A DNA stretch of 64,000 nucleotides from Capsulimonadales bacterium (GTDB lineage Bacteria; Armatimonadota; Armatimonadia; Armatimonadales; Armatimonadaceae). The DNA lies in NCBI GenBank assembly GCA_033762295.1, contig JANRLW010000085.1:1-64000 (forward strand), read 5' to 3'. Shown in pieces: positions 18,918-32,328 of the stretch. Below the pieces are notes generated by a model. It was given only the letters and a program-made list of their open reading frames with translations. It ran no database searches and was not told the DNA's origin. How positions within the stretch are numbered: position 1 is the stretch's first letter; each line of letters opens with the position of its first letter. A program made the position numbers and the translations under genes.

Positions 18918-19760
18918 ATGTCAGAAATGTCGGAGTCAGCACCGCTACCGGATCTATCGTCGGAGTATCCGCTCACGGACGAGCAGGTCGCCTATTTCCG
19001 GGAGAACGGTCACGTTTTTCTGCCCGGCGTCTGCACGCCGGAGGAGGTCGTGGCTTTCGCTCCGATCATCACGGACGCGGCGCAGCGATTTGCCTACCCG
19101 CAAAAGCCGATGGAGGAGCGGGATGTCTTCGGCAAAGCGTTCACCCTGATCGGCGGCATCTGGAATCGGGACGAGAACGTCGCCCGGTTCACCCGCGCCC
19201 GCCGGTTCGCCCGGATCGCCGCCCGTCTGATGGGAGTTCCCGGCGTCCGTCTGTACCATGATGTCGCCATCAACAAGGAGCCGGGCGGCGGACCGACTCC
19301 CTATCACCAGGACGCCTACTACTGGCCGATGGACACGCCGAACACGGTGACGATGTGGATGCCGCTGGTCGATATCACCTACGAGATGGGCGGTCTGGAC
19401 TTCGCGAGCGGATCGCATCAAGCCGGCTACCTTGGCGACGGCATTTCGGAGACCTCGCAGGAGTATTATGAGCGGATCATCGACCGGCGGGGCTATGAAG
19501 TCGTCAGTCATGCGCGCGACCATGGCGGAATGCGCGCGGGCGATGCCACGTTCCATGCCGGCTGGACGCTGCACGCCGCCCCGGGCAACCCGTCCGGAAC
19601 CGCGCGTCAGGTGATGACGGTTGTTCTCTACGAGGACGGCGTCCCTACCTACCGGGACATGGGCAACCCCCACCGTGAGTGGGACTTTAAAACCTATATG
19701 CCGGGAGTGACCCCCGGAGAGTTGGCCGCCAGCCCGCTGAACCCGGTCGTCTATCCTTGA
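18918..19760 (+). CDS. Phytanoyl-CoA dioxygenase (PhyH) family Fe(II)/2OG enzyme
   Basis: 'TPYHQDAYYWP' HxD motif, 'FASGSH', 'GDATFHAGWTLHAA.GN..R'. Confidence 0.9.
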   Translation: MSEMSESAPLPDLSSEYPLTDEQVAYFRENGHVFLPGVCTPEEVVAFAPIITDAAQRFAYPQKPMEERDVFGKAFTLIGGIWNRDENVARFTRARRFARIAARLMGVPGVRLYHDVAINKEPGGGPTPYHQDAYYWPMDTPNTVTMWMPLVDITYEMGGLDFASGSHQAGYLGDGISETSQEYYERIIDRRGYEVVSHARDHGGMRAGDATFHAGWTLHAAPGNPSGTARQVMTVVLYEDGVPTYRDMGNPHREWDFKTYMPGVTPGELAASPLNPVVYP

Positions 19761-19855
19761 TTTGGCCCACATCTACCGTGTTCACCACTACGGACAGGCA
19801 GAACCGGAACCGAATCGGGCGTCACCCCGGAACACAATTCCTCATCTAACGAAAC

Positions 19856-20476
19856 CTATTCCGCCTCGGGCGGGGGCAGAAGGTCCGTGACAGCGATTCG
19901 GGAATCGGGTTGGGTCAGCGGCGTCACTGTTTCCCCTTCCCGGAAAACCTGCACGTTGCCGTATGCGAAACCGGGCGACAGGTCCGGCACGGCGACCGGG
20001 TTACGCCGCACCTCGACCTGTCGGTCGATCAGGTTGATGATCCAATAATCGGCGATTCCCGCCTCCGCATAAATTGACGACTTGCGGTTCCGGTCAAAGG
20101 AAAGCGTCGTATCCGAAACCTCAACGATCAGTAAAACATCGTCCGGTGTCGGCTGTCGTCGGATAAAGTCCTGCGGTCTTCCGCGAACGACGCAGATATC
20201 CGGTTCCGGTTCGCCGTTCTCCGACAACGCAATCGGAAGTTGCGCACGAACGGAAACCTCCTCGCCGAACGCGTGCCGGATAATATCAGGACTGATCATC
20301 AGGCAAAAGGAATGCAATGGGTTCTGTCCCATTCTCGTTATGATTTCTCCCGCGATCAGTTCGGTGCGCTCTTCAGGGCCGATAAAACCCATCTCGTGGA
20401 GACGATGGTATGCCTCCCGGGTCCAGCGAAACGGTTGCCCCCCTTGCCCGGGAGTTGTTATGGATTTCACCGCCAT
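19856..20476 (-). CDS. Uma2 (DUF820) family endonuclease-fold protein
   Basis: 'RWTREAYHRL', 'ELIAGEI', 'EPEPDI', 'LIVEVSDTTLSFDR..K..IYAEAGIADYWIINL'. Confidence 0.92.
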   Translation of the reverse strand: MAVKSITTPGQGGQPFRWTREAYHRLHEMGFIGPEERTELIAGEIITRMGQNPLHSFCLMISPDIIRHAFGEEVSVRAQLPIALSENGEPEPDICVVRGRPQDFIRRQPTPDDVLLIVEVSDTTLSFDRNRKSSIYAEAGIADYWIINLIDRQVEVRRNPVAVPDLSPGFAYGNVQVFREGETVTPLTQPDSRIAVTDLLPPPEAE

Positions 20477-20589
20477 ATAGTTCCCTTTCGAAACCACGGG
20501 ACAACCGGTTGCTCCGTCGGTGATGGTCACGGCATTAGAGCATGCTCCTGATGATCCGGCGCTTCGTCATTGTCCCAAGAGGGCATTCC

Positions 20590-24375
<3,786 letters not shown>

Positions 24376-24553
24376 GTCTACCTACCATCCTGTTCCGGAA
24401 GTGAAGTGTGGGTTAGGGGCAAAAGAGGCCCGGACAGTCCCGGCATCGGGGCAAACGCGGCGGTGCGTCTCGATTATTCCCACTTCTACCTATTGTAACA
24501 CATACCCCTGTATCGGCGGACACGGATACTTTGTCAAACCCGAGGAGCGATTC

Positions 24554-25135
24554 TCAGGGTAGTAAATCAGCAACGGAGGTACTTGCCCCGGAACGAGACA
24601 GCGGCGAAACAGCGTCCTGTTCCGTAAGTTCCTGAACGTTCGCGTAGCCAAGTGCGGTAGGGTTCCGATGGACTATCAGTCGTCGTCCGTTCAGGTCAAC
24701 GATCCAGTATTCGGCAATCCCGGCGCGAGCATAGAGCGCCGCTTTGGTATGTCGGTCATACCGGAGGGTGGCATCGGAAATCTCGACTATCAGAAGGACA
24801 TCGGCGTCCGTCGGCGTTCCGCGCAACAGGTATTCGGGACGGGGCAACACCGTTACGGCAACATCGGGTTCGGGATTGTCGTTTGGTCCGAACGAAAGCG
24901 GCGAGGAGTGACGGACATGTTCCTGACCGAAGATCAGCGACAGAGCAAAAAGCGCCTTCATATTGGCGACAACATGCGGTTCGTTTTGCCCCACCTTGAG
25001 AACGATCTCTCCTTCGACTAACTCATACTTGCCGGGGACAAGAAATTCGAGGGATTCCAGTTTTGTACAGTCAGCCCGGGTCCAGCGAATTCGATGGGGA
25101 AACGGATCGTCGTTGTACGGAATCGTTGCGATCAT
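24554..25135 (-). CDS. Uma2 (DUF820) family endonuclease-fold protein
   Basis: 'RWTRAD', 'ELVEGEI', 'PEPDVAV', 'LIVEISDATLRYDRHTKAALYARAGIAEYWIVDL'. Confidence 0.92.
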   Translation of the reverse strand: MIATIPYNDDPFPHRIRWTRADCTKLESLEFLVPGKYELVEGEIVLKVGQNEPHVVANMKALFALSLIFGQEHVRHSSPLSFGPNDNPEPDVAVTVLPRPEYLLRGTPTDADVLLIVEISDATLRYDRHTKAALYARAGIAEYWIVDLNGRRLIVHRNPTALGYANVQELTEQDAVSPLSRSGASTSVADLLP

Positions 25136-25338
25136 GATTTTGTCGGTCCCCTGTTGGAGATTGTATCATTTCCGAAATGGCGATCACGACATGGCTTCCG
25201 TATCAACAGGCAGTCCCGGTTCCGCAACACGGAAAAGGAGTTTCCCAACGGCGATACCGCAATCCTCCTGGCGCATAGTCTTGTTTATTCCCCCGACCGC
25301 CGGGATTCTACCGTGGAGGTCCGTCGCAGGGACAAACG

Positions 25339-26754
25339 TTAGCGGGCAGGAAGCAGAGCGAGGGCAAGCCCGAGGCGATGGCGGACCGTCGGCGGGGTGG
25401 CGGGATCGGCCAGACGGGAGCGAATCAGGCGTTCGGCGGCACGCCCCCGGTGAGCAAGTCCGAAAACGGCCAGCTTTCCCGCGAAGCCGGATGCGTCCAG
25501 CGCGGCGTCATAGATCGGCAGCGCGTCGTCGCCGAAGCGACCGGCATACCCGAGGACGACCTCCCGCACCAGACCGTCATTGCGCGGGTCGGACCGAACC
25601 AGTTCGATCAGCAGGGGCAAATCCGCGCGATCCGCGAACGCCGCCAGAGCGAAGGCGGCCGACGCGCGGTCGTATCGGGCTTTCGAGGCGATCAGCCGGC
25701 GCAGCGCGGCACGTGATTCCGCGCCTCCGATCCGCGTCAACGCGCAGGCGGCCCCGATCTTCAGGAAAAACTTCTCATAGTGCTCGGGACCGTCCTTCTC
25801 CGGATACGGCCGCGCGGCCAGGGTTTCCAGGCGGCCGACGGTCGACCGGTCACGCCGACGCCCCAGTTCCCAGAGAGCCGCCAGACGCGCCGCGCCGGTT
25901 TCCCCGGTCTCCGCCAGCGTCAACAGACGATCGGTCGGTTCGGCTCGACGGAGGGGCGACGGGACGGTCGGGCGGACGGGCGAGGGCGATGCGGAGAACC
26001 GGACGAACGGTCGCTTCTCCGGTCGGCGTCCCAGCGCCTTCGCCCAGGTCCGCGCGTCATCCGCCATGATCCCGCACCCCGCGGACGGGATGTTCGCTTT
26101 CGCCGCGAGAATGCGTTCCGGGTCCTCCTCGCCGCCGTCGGTATAGTTCCAGCCCCGGAGGAAAGGGCGAGCATCGGGCGAACGGAACACGTCTTTCGGA
26201 ACCTGTCCCCCGACATTCCGCACCAGCGGCAGACACCCGGCGTCCGTCACCGCTTTCAGAACGGCTTCATAGGTTCCCGCCGTCTTGATATCGAGGAACA
26301 GGAGCAGTTCGTTCGCCTTCGCGAACCGCAGCACATCCCCGAGCAAGGGCGTGCGGAGTCCCTTCCATTGCGGCCCGAACCGCTTGCCGACATCGAGCGT
26401 CAGCACCTCCGACAGCGGCATATCCTCGATCTTTCCGCCCGGACCCCGGTCCTCCAGCACCCAGTCGTCGTGGTAAAGGACGAAATATCCGTCCTTTGTC
26501 CGACGTATGTCGATCTCGACGCCGTCCGCACCCTGTCGGACCGCCGCTTCCAGCGCCGGGACCGTGTTCTCCGGAGCGGCCATCGACGCCGATCGATGCA
26601 GGAAGAGCAGGACGTTATCGGATTTCCATTGCGCCGGTCGGTCGGCGGGAGCCGACTGAGCCGACGCTTTGCCCCATGCCGGACACAAAGCGAGAAGGAA
26701 AACGCTTCCTCGAAGGCACGATCGTAGAACGCTACGCCGGTCGACGGAGATCAT
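25339..26754 (-). CDS. Exported glycerophosphodiester phosphodiesterase-like protein with C-terminal HEAT repeats
   Basis: RR-containing signal 'DRRSVLR'; GDPD motifs 'HRSASMAAPENT', 'GVEIDIRRTKDG..VLYHD', 'FLDIK'; HEAT-like helices; alternative start at 26784 overlaps the upstream stop (TGATG). Confidence 0.85.
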   Translation of the reverse strand: MISVDRRSVLRSCLRGSVFLLALCPAWGKASAQSAPADRPAQWKSDNVLLFLHRSASMAAPENTVPALEAAVRQGADGVEIDIRRTKDGYFVLYHDDWVLEDRGPGGKIEDMPLSEVLTLDVGKRFGPQWKGLRTPLLGDVLRFAKANELLLFLDIKTAGTYEAVLKAVTDAGCLPLVRNVGGQVPKDVFRSPDARPFLRGWNYTDGGEEDPERILAAKANIPSAGCGIMADDARTWAKALGRRPEKRPFVRFSASPSPVRPTVPSPLRRAEPTDRLLTLAETGETGAARLAALWELGRRRDRSTVGRLETLAARPYPEKDGPEHYEKFFLKIGAACALTRIGGAESRAALRRLIASKARYDRASAAFALAAFADRADLPLLIELVRSDPRNDGLVREVVLGYAGRFGDDALPIYDAALDASGFAGKLAVFGLAHRGRAAERLIRSRLADPATPPTVRHRLGLALALLPAR

Positions 26755-26783
26755 GGCTTTCCTTCCCGCCCGGTCTTTCCTCA

Positions 26784-27719
26784 TCAGTTCAGCGGTTCGC
26801 CGGGAATGGGCGCGGGTCGGCAGTTGGTTCCCGGGGTGCAGCCCAGCGGCCAGAACCCGGCATCGAACGCCGCCACTCCCGGACAACCGGTCGCATAGAA
26901 CCCGACGCCGGAGTTATTGATATCCAGGTAGCCCGGCAGCACCAGACCGTCGCAGAAGGTCGGCAGTCGGGTCGCGCCGTTATCGAAGGAGAAGGTGCCT
27001 GCGCGACGTTCGCCCGATCCGCTCAATCGGTACCATTTGACATGGCCGTCGGTAAAGCCGACAACGACCCCTCCCTGATGCCGGGAGACGATTTCCGGCG
27101 CGGCCGATCGTGAGGTATTGCCGATCATCGCGCCACGCGCCCAGCCCAGGTAGACACCGCTCGAATGCTGCGTCAACTCGCCGTAGGAGGCCGACTCGAC
27201 CATCAGCATGGTATCGGCCGGTTGAGGGATCGCGGCCATCGGACGACCGAAGAAGATATTGGTGCTGCCCTGCCGGACCACGCGATATCCGCCGATATTA
27301 CCCAGCATTCCGTACGAGCGTCGGCTCGGTTGTCCCGAGGGGTTGGCGACTCCCGGAAACAGATTTCCGGCCGAATCGGCGGGCGATTGAAGAATGCCCC
27401 AGTTTTTGACATAGGGCTGCAACAGCCAGTCGTAGCTGAGGCGGAATCCGGTCGGCGTCGCCAGAACACCGCCGATCTCCTGAGAACCCGCGCAGAACGT
27501 TTCATCGTAATCCTGCGCGTACATCAGGTGCGCGAGCGTCCACTGTTTCATGTTGGAAAGGGAGGACGCCTTGCGCGCGGTGTCGCGGGCCTGGGCGAAA
27601 ACCGGAAAGAGAATGGCGGCCAGAATGGCAATAATGGCGATCACAACGAGCAGTTCGATCAGCGTAAACGCCGCTTCCGCACGGGAAACGCGGCCTGTCG
27701 CAGAAATTCGGTTTTGCAT
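26784..27719 (-). CDS. Prepilin-type DUF1559/H-X9-DG protein
   Basis: '[43 protein letters not shown]'; '[16 protein letters not shown]'. Confidence 0.92.
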   Translation of the reverse strand: MQNRISATGRVSRAEAAFTLIELLVVIAIIAILAAILFPVFAQARDTARKASSLSNMKQWTLAHLMYAQDYDETFCAGSQEIGGVLATPTGFRLSYDWLLQPYVKNWGILQSPADSAGNLFPGVANPSGQPSRRSYGMLGNIGGYRVVRQGSTNIFFGRPMAAIPQPADTMLMVESASYGELTQHSSGVYLGWARGAMIGNTSRSAAPEIVSRHQGGVVVGFTDGHVKWYRLSGSGERRAGTFSFDNGATRLPTFCDGLVLPGYLDINNSGVGFYATGCPGVAAFDAGFWPLGCTPGTNCRPAPIPGEPLN

Positions 27720-27811
27720 GACGGAACCTTTCTCAGCGAAGCGAGACGCCGCCCGCGCGGCGTCTCCGTCGATTCCTACGGATTTCAATATACAGGAACT
27801 GAGAGGTTTTA

Positions 27812-27834
27812 AGGTTAAATCCATGTTAAATCCA
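27812..27834 (-). promoter_or_regulatory. Pho-box-like direct repeat (11-bp period)
   Basis: GTTAAATCCA twice (27814-27823, 27825-27834); minus strand reads TTTAACAT-gga-TTTAACCT; -10-like TATATT at 27787-27792 (minus). Confidence 0.55.
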
Positions 27835-27922
27835 ACCTGATCGGCCATCATCGGTCGTGTCCGCTAACCAGGTTTTCGCGTATAATGCGGAATAATCCCT
27901 GCCGATAAGGCGTCGAACACCG

Positions 27923-29449
27923 ATGAGGCATCGAAAGATGATCCATCTGACACTGCCGGTCTCGCCGATGCGTCCGTTAATCGCCCTCTGTATTCCGGCG
28001 TGCGTTCCCGGAGCGACGGCGGCGCAACGCCCCGTTCCCGCACCGCCCGTCGTTACCATCCGGCGCATCGTCCCGAATACCGACAGCGTCAAGGTAGCGT
28101 TCGCTCCGGTTCGTGGGGCGCGCGACTACCGGATCTTTGACCTGTCCCGCCCGGAGAAGGTCAAATACGCGGGTCTTATCCATCGTCCGGACCCGAAAGA
28201 TCCGGAACGCTTTTTGACCTTTCCGGCGACCGAGATCGAATGGAACGGTATCGCGCCGGGAACCCCGGTACGCTTGATCGTGGAAGCCATCGATCGGGTC
28301 GGACCGGTCCCGCCCGCCAACCGATCGGTCGATCCCGTGGCTTCCCGTCCGGTCGAAACGCTCTCCCTGCCGGCGACCGACCCGATGATCTGCGACGAGA
28401 CGACCGCCCTGATCGGGTCGAATGCCGGTCCGACCCCGGACGGCAGAATCTCGATCAACGGACAGGGCGATTCCGGAAAGAGCGGACGGGTTCTGGCGCG
28501 GTCCCGCCCGTTTACCGTCCGTGCCACCGGGAAACCGCCGATTCCGAGCGGCAGGGACGCCGCCCAGATTCTCTTCGATACGTTCGCTTCCGGCGATATT
28601 ACGGCGTCGGGGTCGGCGGATGCGGCCAAGGGAACCCGCGTTTTTCGCCTGCGGACCCCCGCCGCGGATTGGGATATCCGGTTTCAGGGCAGCGACCTTG
28701 CCCGCAGTCAGCCGTTCGTCATGGACCGGCACTATATGGACCTTCTGTTCGATGGGCCGATGGGCCGGGAGAAGCACCGGGGACGAAGCGCGACCGCGCT
28801 GTCTCCCGTGCGAACCGCCGATTTCTCCGGCGGACGCATTCTTCATCTGACCATGGAGATCGACGCCCACCTCAACGGAACACGGTGGGTCGGCTTCAAC
28901 CTTTCGCCCGACGACGATCCGCTGACCGACCTCTACTGGTCCAAACGGGACGGCGCGGTCAACCGGACCAACCGCGCCTTCTTCGTCGAGATCGCCGAAA
29001 CGCGGGCGCTGCTTGGCGTGATCGATGACGCGACCCGGAACGATCCCCTTCTGGCGGCGACCGGCCCTATCCAGGTGGAACGCGACACCCGGAACGCGAT
29101 CCTTGCCCATCGACCGTCGGGCAACGGGCATGGTCTGGACAACCGCAGCCGCTTCGACCTGTTCGTCTCCCGGGATCGGGTCGCCCTGTTCGAGGATGGG
29201 AAACGGCTCTGCGACGAAAAAATCGTGCCCGGACTGCCGTTCGAACGCGCGAAGGTCTACTTCTCCCACTTCCTCTACCATACGGCCCTGGAGAAGTTCG
29301 TCCTGCCGGTCCACGCCCCCCACGAGCGGTACTGGCGGGACCATTTCCCCTACTCGGATGAACGGCACTGGGACAACCTGGGTTTCGAGGTCCTTCCCGC
29401 CTCCGTCCGCTGGCAAACGCTCGGACAGCGGCTGAAAATCGGTCAATAA
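27923..29449 (+). CDS. Hypothetical exported protein
   Basis: Long ORF with host-like codon bias and signal-like N-terminus (start uncertain: 27923, 27938 or 27968); no family recognised. Confidence 0.7.
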   Translation: MRHRKMIHLTLPVSPMRPLIALCIPACVPGATAAQRPVPAPPVVTIRRIVPNTDSVKVAFAPVRGARDYRIFDLSRPEKVKYAGLIHRPDPKDPERFLTFPATEIEWNGIAPGTPVRLIVEAIDRVGPVPPANRSVDPVASRPVETLSLPATDPMICDETTALIGSNAGPTPDGRISINGQGDSGKSGRVLARSRPFTVRATGKPPIPSGRDAAQILFDTFASGDITASGSADAAKGTRVFRLRTPAADWDIRFQGSDLARSQPFVMDRHYMDLLFDGPMGREKHRGRSATALSPVRTADFSGGRILHLTMEIDAHLNGTRWVGFNLSPDDDPLTDLYWSKRDGAVNRTNRAFFVEIAETRALLGVIDDATRNDPLLAATGPIQVERDTRNAILAHRPSGNGHGLDNRSRFDLFVSRDRVALFEDGKRLCDEKIVPGLPFERAKVYFSHFLYHTALEKFVLPVHAPHERYWRDHFPYSDERHWDNLGFEVLPASVRWQTLGQRLKIGQ

Positions 29450-29515
29450 CCGATACGGATACCCTTCATGATTCGGGCAGGGTTGTAGTATAATGGTGCG
29501 GAAGCGACCACCGGC

Positions 29516-29560
29516 TCTTTCGTCATTTTTCGTCGTTTTTCGTTGTTTTTCGTCGTTTCC
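29516..29560. repeat. 10-bp tandem repeat CGTCGTTTTT (about 4 copies)
   Basis: CGTCATTTTT CGTCGTTTTT CGTTGTTTTT CGTCGTTTCC at 29521-29560. Confidence 0.85.
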
Positions 29561-29616
29561 GACAATTTCGTTTTTTCCGACTCGATCTTTCGCCCACCGG
29601 CAAGGAGTATCCATCC

Positions 29617-30558
29617 GTGAAATCCATCTATCTGCTTTATGGCTCGGTTGTCGCCATGGCTGCCGTCAGCCTTTCCGTCGTGGCGTTCCCCCGCACCGCC
29701 CGCAGTAGCGCGCCGATCCGGCGCTGCGGCACCTATGAACCGACCGCCCTGGAAGCCAGCCGGATCGAGTCGCAAGTGAAACGGGATATGGCGAAGAGGT
29801 TTTCGACCGCCCGGATCGGAGCCGCCCCGGCGACGCAGACGATCGATGTCTACTTCCATGTCATCACCGCCGCGAACGGAACGACCGGTGCGCTGACGGA
29901 TGCACAGATCGCCTCCCAGATCGCGGTCCTGAACCGGGGGTTCGACGGAACCGATACCCTTCCGAACGGCGTCACTCCCCTCGGCCCCAATGCGGTCACC
30001 CGGTTCCGCTTCGTGCTTCGGGAGATCGACCGAACCGCCAACGACACCTGGTTCGCCGGGAACGATGAATTCGGCATGAAATCCCGCCTTCGGAAAGGCG
30101 GCGCGGGCGCGCTGAACGTCTACACCTCGAACCTCGGAGCGGTCGGCCTTCTCGGCTTTGCCACCTTCCCGTGGTGGTACCAGGGTTCCCCGATCTATGA
30201 CGGCGTCGTTATCGCCTTCGATTCGCTCCCCGGCTTCCCCGGCCCGTTCGGACTGGGCAAGACCCTGACCCATGAGGTGGGACACTGGGTCGGACTCTAC
30301 CATACGTTCCAGGGGGGATGCTCCAAGTACAGCGACTTTGTCGCCGATACGGCCGCGCAACGACAGTCGTTCTCCGGCGACTGGTTCCCCGGAGGCTTTC
30401 CCGGCGTCCAACCCGATACCTGCACCGGGCGGAACTATCCCGGCAAGGACCCGACCGACAACTATATGGACTATAGCAACGACGCCTCGTACACCCGGTT
30501 CTCCGAGGGTCAGGCCGCCCGCATGAGCGCGTTGTGCCGAACATATCGCGGACTGTAG
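29617..30558 (+). CDS. Secreted zinc metalloprotease, M43 (ulilysin/pappalysin-like)
   Basis: Signal peptide, Cys-switch 'RRCGT', 'THEVGHWVGLYHTFQGGC', Met-turn 'NYMDYS'. Confidence 0.92.
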   Translation: MKSIYLLYGSVVAMAAVSLSVVAFPRTARSSAPIRRCGTYEPTALEASRIESQVKRDMAKRFSTARIGAAPATQTIDVYFHVITAANGTTGALTDAQIASQIAVLNRGFDGTDTLPNGVTPLGPNAVTRFRFVLREIDRTANDTWFAGNDEFGMKSRLRKGGAGALNVYTSNLGAVGLLGFATFPWWYQGSPIYDGVVIAFDSLPGFPGPFGLGKTLTHEVGHWVGLYHTFQGGCSKYSDFVADTAAQRQSFSGDWFPGGFPGVQPDTCTGRNYPGKDPTDNYMDYSNDASYTRFSEGQAARMSALCRTYRGL

Positions 30559-30640
30559 ATTGCTCTCGACTTATCGAAGGGCGCGTGTCCGCCGGACCGC
30601 GCCCTTTCCTGTTGCATAAAATCCCGGAGGTTCTTTTCGA

Positions 30641-31588
30641 ATGCGCTCCCTTTTTTCCGTTTACTCGATCCTCGGAGGGCTGATGCTTTCCGGTGTCGCT
30701 CTGTCCCTGGCAACGTCGCCCGCACGCAGCCAGAAACGATCGGTCGTTCTCTGCGGCACCTACAACCCGACCCCGGCCGAAGCGCAGCAGATCGAATCAC
30801 GCACGAAAACCCTGCTGACCAAACTCAAGCTTTCCAAAGGCGTCGCCGCCGCTCCCGCGCTCGCCAACATCGATGTTTACGTTCATGTCATCACCAGAGC
30901 GGACGGCACGACCGGAAACGTCACCGATGAAAACATTCAGAAACTGGTGGACGTTCTGAACGATGGGTTCGCGGGGAACTATAAACTTCCCGACGGCGTC
31001 ACCCCGCTCGGTCCGAACGCGAACACCCGGTTTCGCTTCACTCTCAAAGGCATCGACCGCACCGCCAATGACACCTGGTACGGGGATGGCAACACCTACG
31101 CAATGAAGTCGGCTCTCCGAAAAGGGGACGCGCGAACGCTGAATATCTATCTCTGCAGTATCATTCCGAACGGTCTCGTCGGCTACGCCGTTTTCCCCTG
31201 GTGGTATAAGAATGACCCGATCGGCGATGGGGTCGTCTACGACAACACTGCGATGCCCGGTTCGGGAGGTTTTTATCAGAGCGGTCGCGTTCTGACGCAC
31301 GAAGTCGGCCACTGGGCGGGGCTTTACCATACGTTCCAGGGAGGCTGCTCCAAGTACAACGACTACGTCGGCGACACCAACGCCGAATCGTCTCCGTTCC
31401 GGGGCGACTGGTTCTCCGGCGGCCGGTCCCCCGCCAGCCAGCCCGATACCTGCACCGGGCGGAACTATCCCGGCAAGGACCCGACCGACAACCAGATGGA
31501 CTATAGCGACGACACTTCCCGCGTCCGCTTTACCGCCGCCCAGGCGAATCGAATGAGCGAACTCTGCCGCATCTATCGCGGACTTTGA
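30641..31588 (+). CDS. Secreted zinc metalloprotease, M43 (tandem paralog)
   Basis: 'LCGT', 'THEVGHWAGLYHTFQGGC', 'NQMDYS'; colinear with the upstream paralog. Confidence 0.92.
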   Translation: MRSLFSVYSILGGLMLSGVALSLATSPARSQKRSVVLCGTYNPTPAEAQQIESRTKTLLTKLKLSKGVAAAPALANIDVYVHVITRADGTTGNVTDENIQKLVDVLNDGFAGNYKLPDGVTPLGPNANTRFRFTLKGIDRTANDTWYGDGNTYAMKSALRKGDARTLNIYLCSIIPNGLVGYAVFPWWYKNDPIGDGVVYDNTAMPGSGGFYQSGRVLTHEVGHWAGLYHTFQGGCSKYNDYVGDTNAESSPFRGDWFSGGRSPASQPDTCTGRNYPGKDPTDNQMDYSDDTSRVRFTAAQANRMSELCRIYRGL

Positions 31589-31589
31589 A

Positions 31590-31635
31590 ACGAACGGCGG
31601 CCCCGGAAGAGTCCTCTTCCGGGGCCGCCGTTCGT
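31590..31635. terminator. Long hairpin between convergent genes
   Basis: ACGAACGGCGGCCCCGGAAGAG-tc-CTCTTCCGGGGCCGCCGTTCGT, 22-bp inverted repeat. Confidence 0.8.
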
Positions 31636-31648
31636 CCGGTTCGTCCGG

Positions 31649-32311
31649 TTATTTTTTCCGGCAGAGCGTCAGGCCGTCGCCGACCGGTAGCAGACACATA
31701 TCCACACGCGCGTCGGCGTAGATCTTGGCATTCAGGGCGCGGAAAGCGTTCGTGTCCTCGTCCTGATGTTCCGGTTCGGAGACTCGTCCGCCCCAGAGCG
31801 TGTTATCGATCCCGAACACCCCGCCCTGACGCAGCAACACCAGCACGGCCTCGTAATAACGGTCGTAGTTGGGCTTGTCCGCGTCGATAAAGGCGAAGTC
31901 GAACGTACCGGCATGCCCCTCGGCGATCAGGCGGTCCAGGGTTTCCGTCGCCGGAGCGATCCGCAGATCGATTTTGTGGTCGACCCCCGCATCGATCCAG
32001 TATCGGCGGGCGACCGCCGTAAACTCCTCGCTGACATCGCAGGCGATGATCCGCCCGTCCTCCGGCAGCGCCTGAGCGACCACCAGCGACGAGTATCCGG
32101 TGAAAACGCCGATCTCCAGACACTTTTTGACGTTCAGCGCGCGGATCAGAAAGGCCATGATCTGCCCCTGCTCGGCGGAAATCTGCATGCCGCCGTTGGG
32201 CATCCCCTCGGTTTCGTCGCGCAAACGACGCATGGCATCGTTCAAATGAGCGGCGACCGACACATAGTACTGATGCAGGCGGTCGGTCATCGCAATCGTG
32301 GCACGTGACAT
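31649..32311 (-). CDS. Class I SAM-dependent O-methyltransferase (CCoAOMT-like)
   Basis: 'MQISAEQGQ', 'LEIGVFTGYS', 'FDFAFIDADK', 'IDNTLWGG', 'LPVGDGLTL'. Confidence 0.93.
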   Translation of the reverse strand: MSRATIAMTDRLHQYYVSVAAHLNDAMRRLRDETEGMPNGGMQISAEQGQIMAFLIRALNVKKCLEIGVFTGYSSLVVAQALPEDGRIIACDVSEEFTAVARRYWIDAGVDHKIDLRIAPATETLDRLIAEGHAGTFDFAFIDADKPNYDRYYEAVLVLLRQGGVFGIDNTLWGGRVSEPEHQDEDTNAFRALNAKIYADARVDMCLLPVGDGLTLCRKK

Positions 32312-32328
32312 CGTGTTCGTTCCTTGGT

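Noticed and set aside
24376..24553. Possible SAM or cobalamin riboswitch upstream of metH
   Set aside because: No SAM-I, SAH or cobalamin consensus elements recognised on the minus strand; an Rfam scan would settle it.
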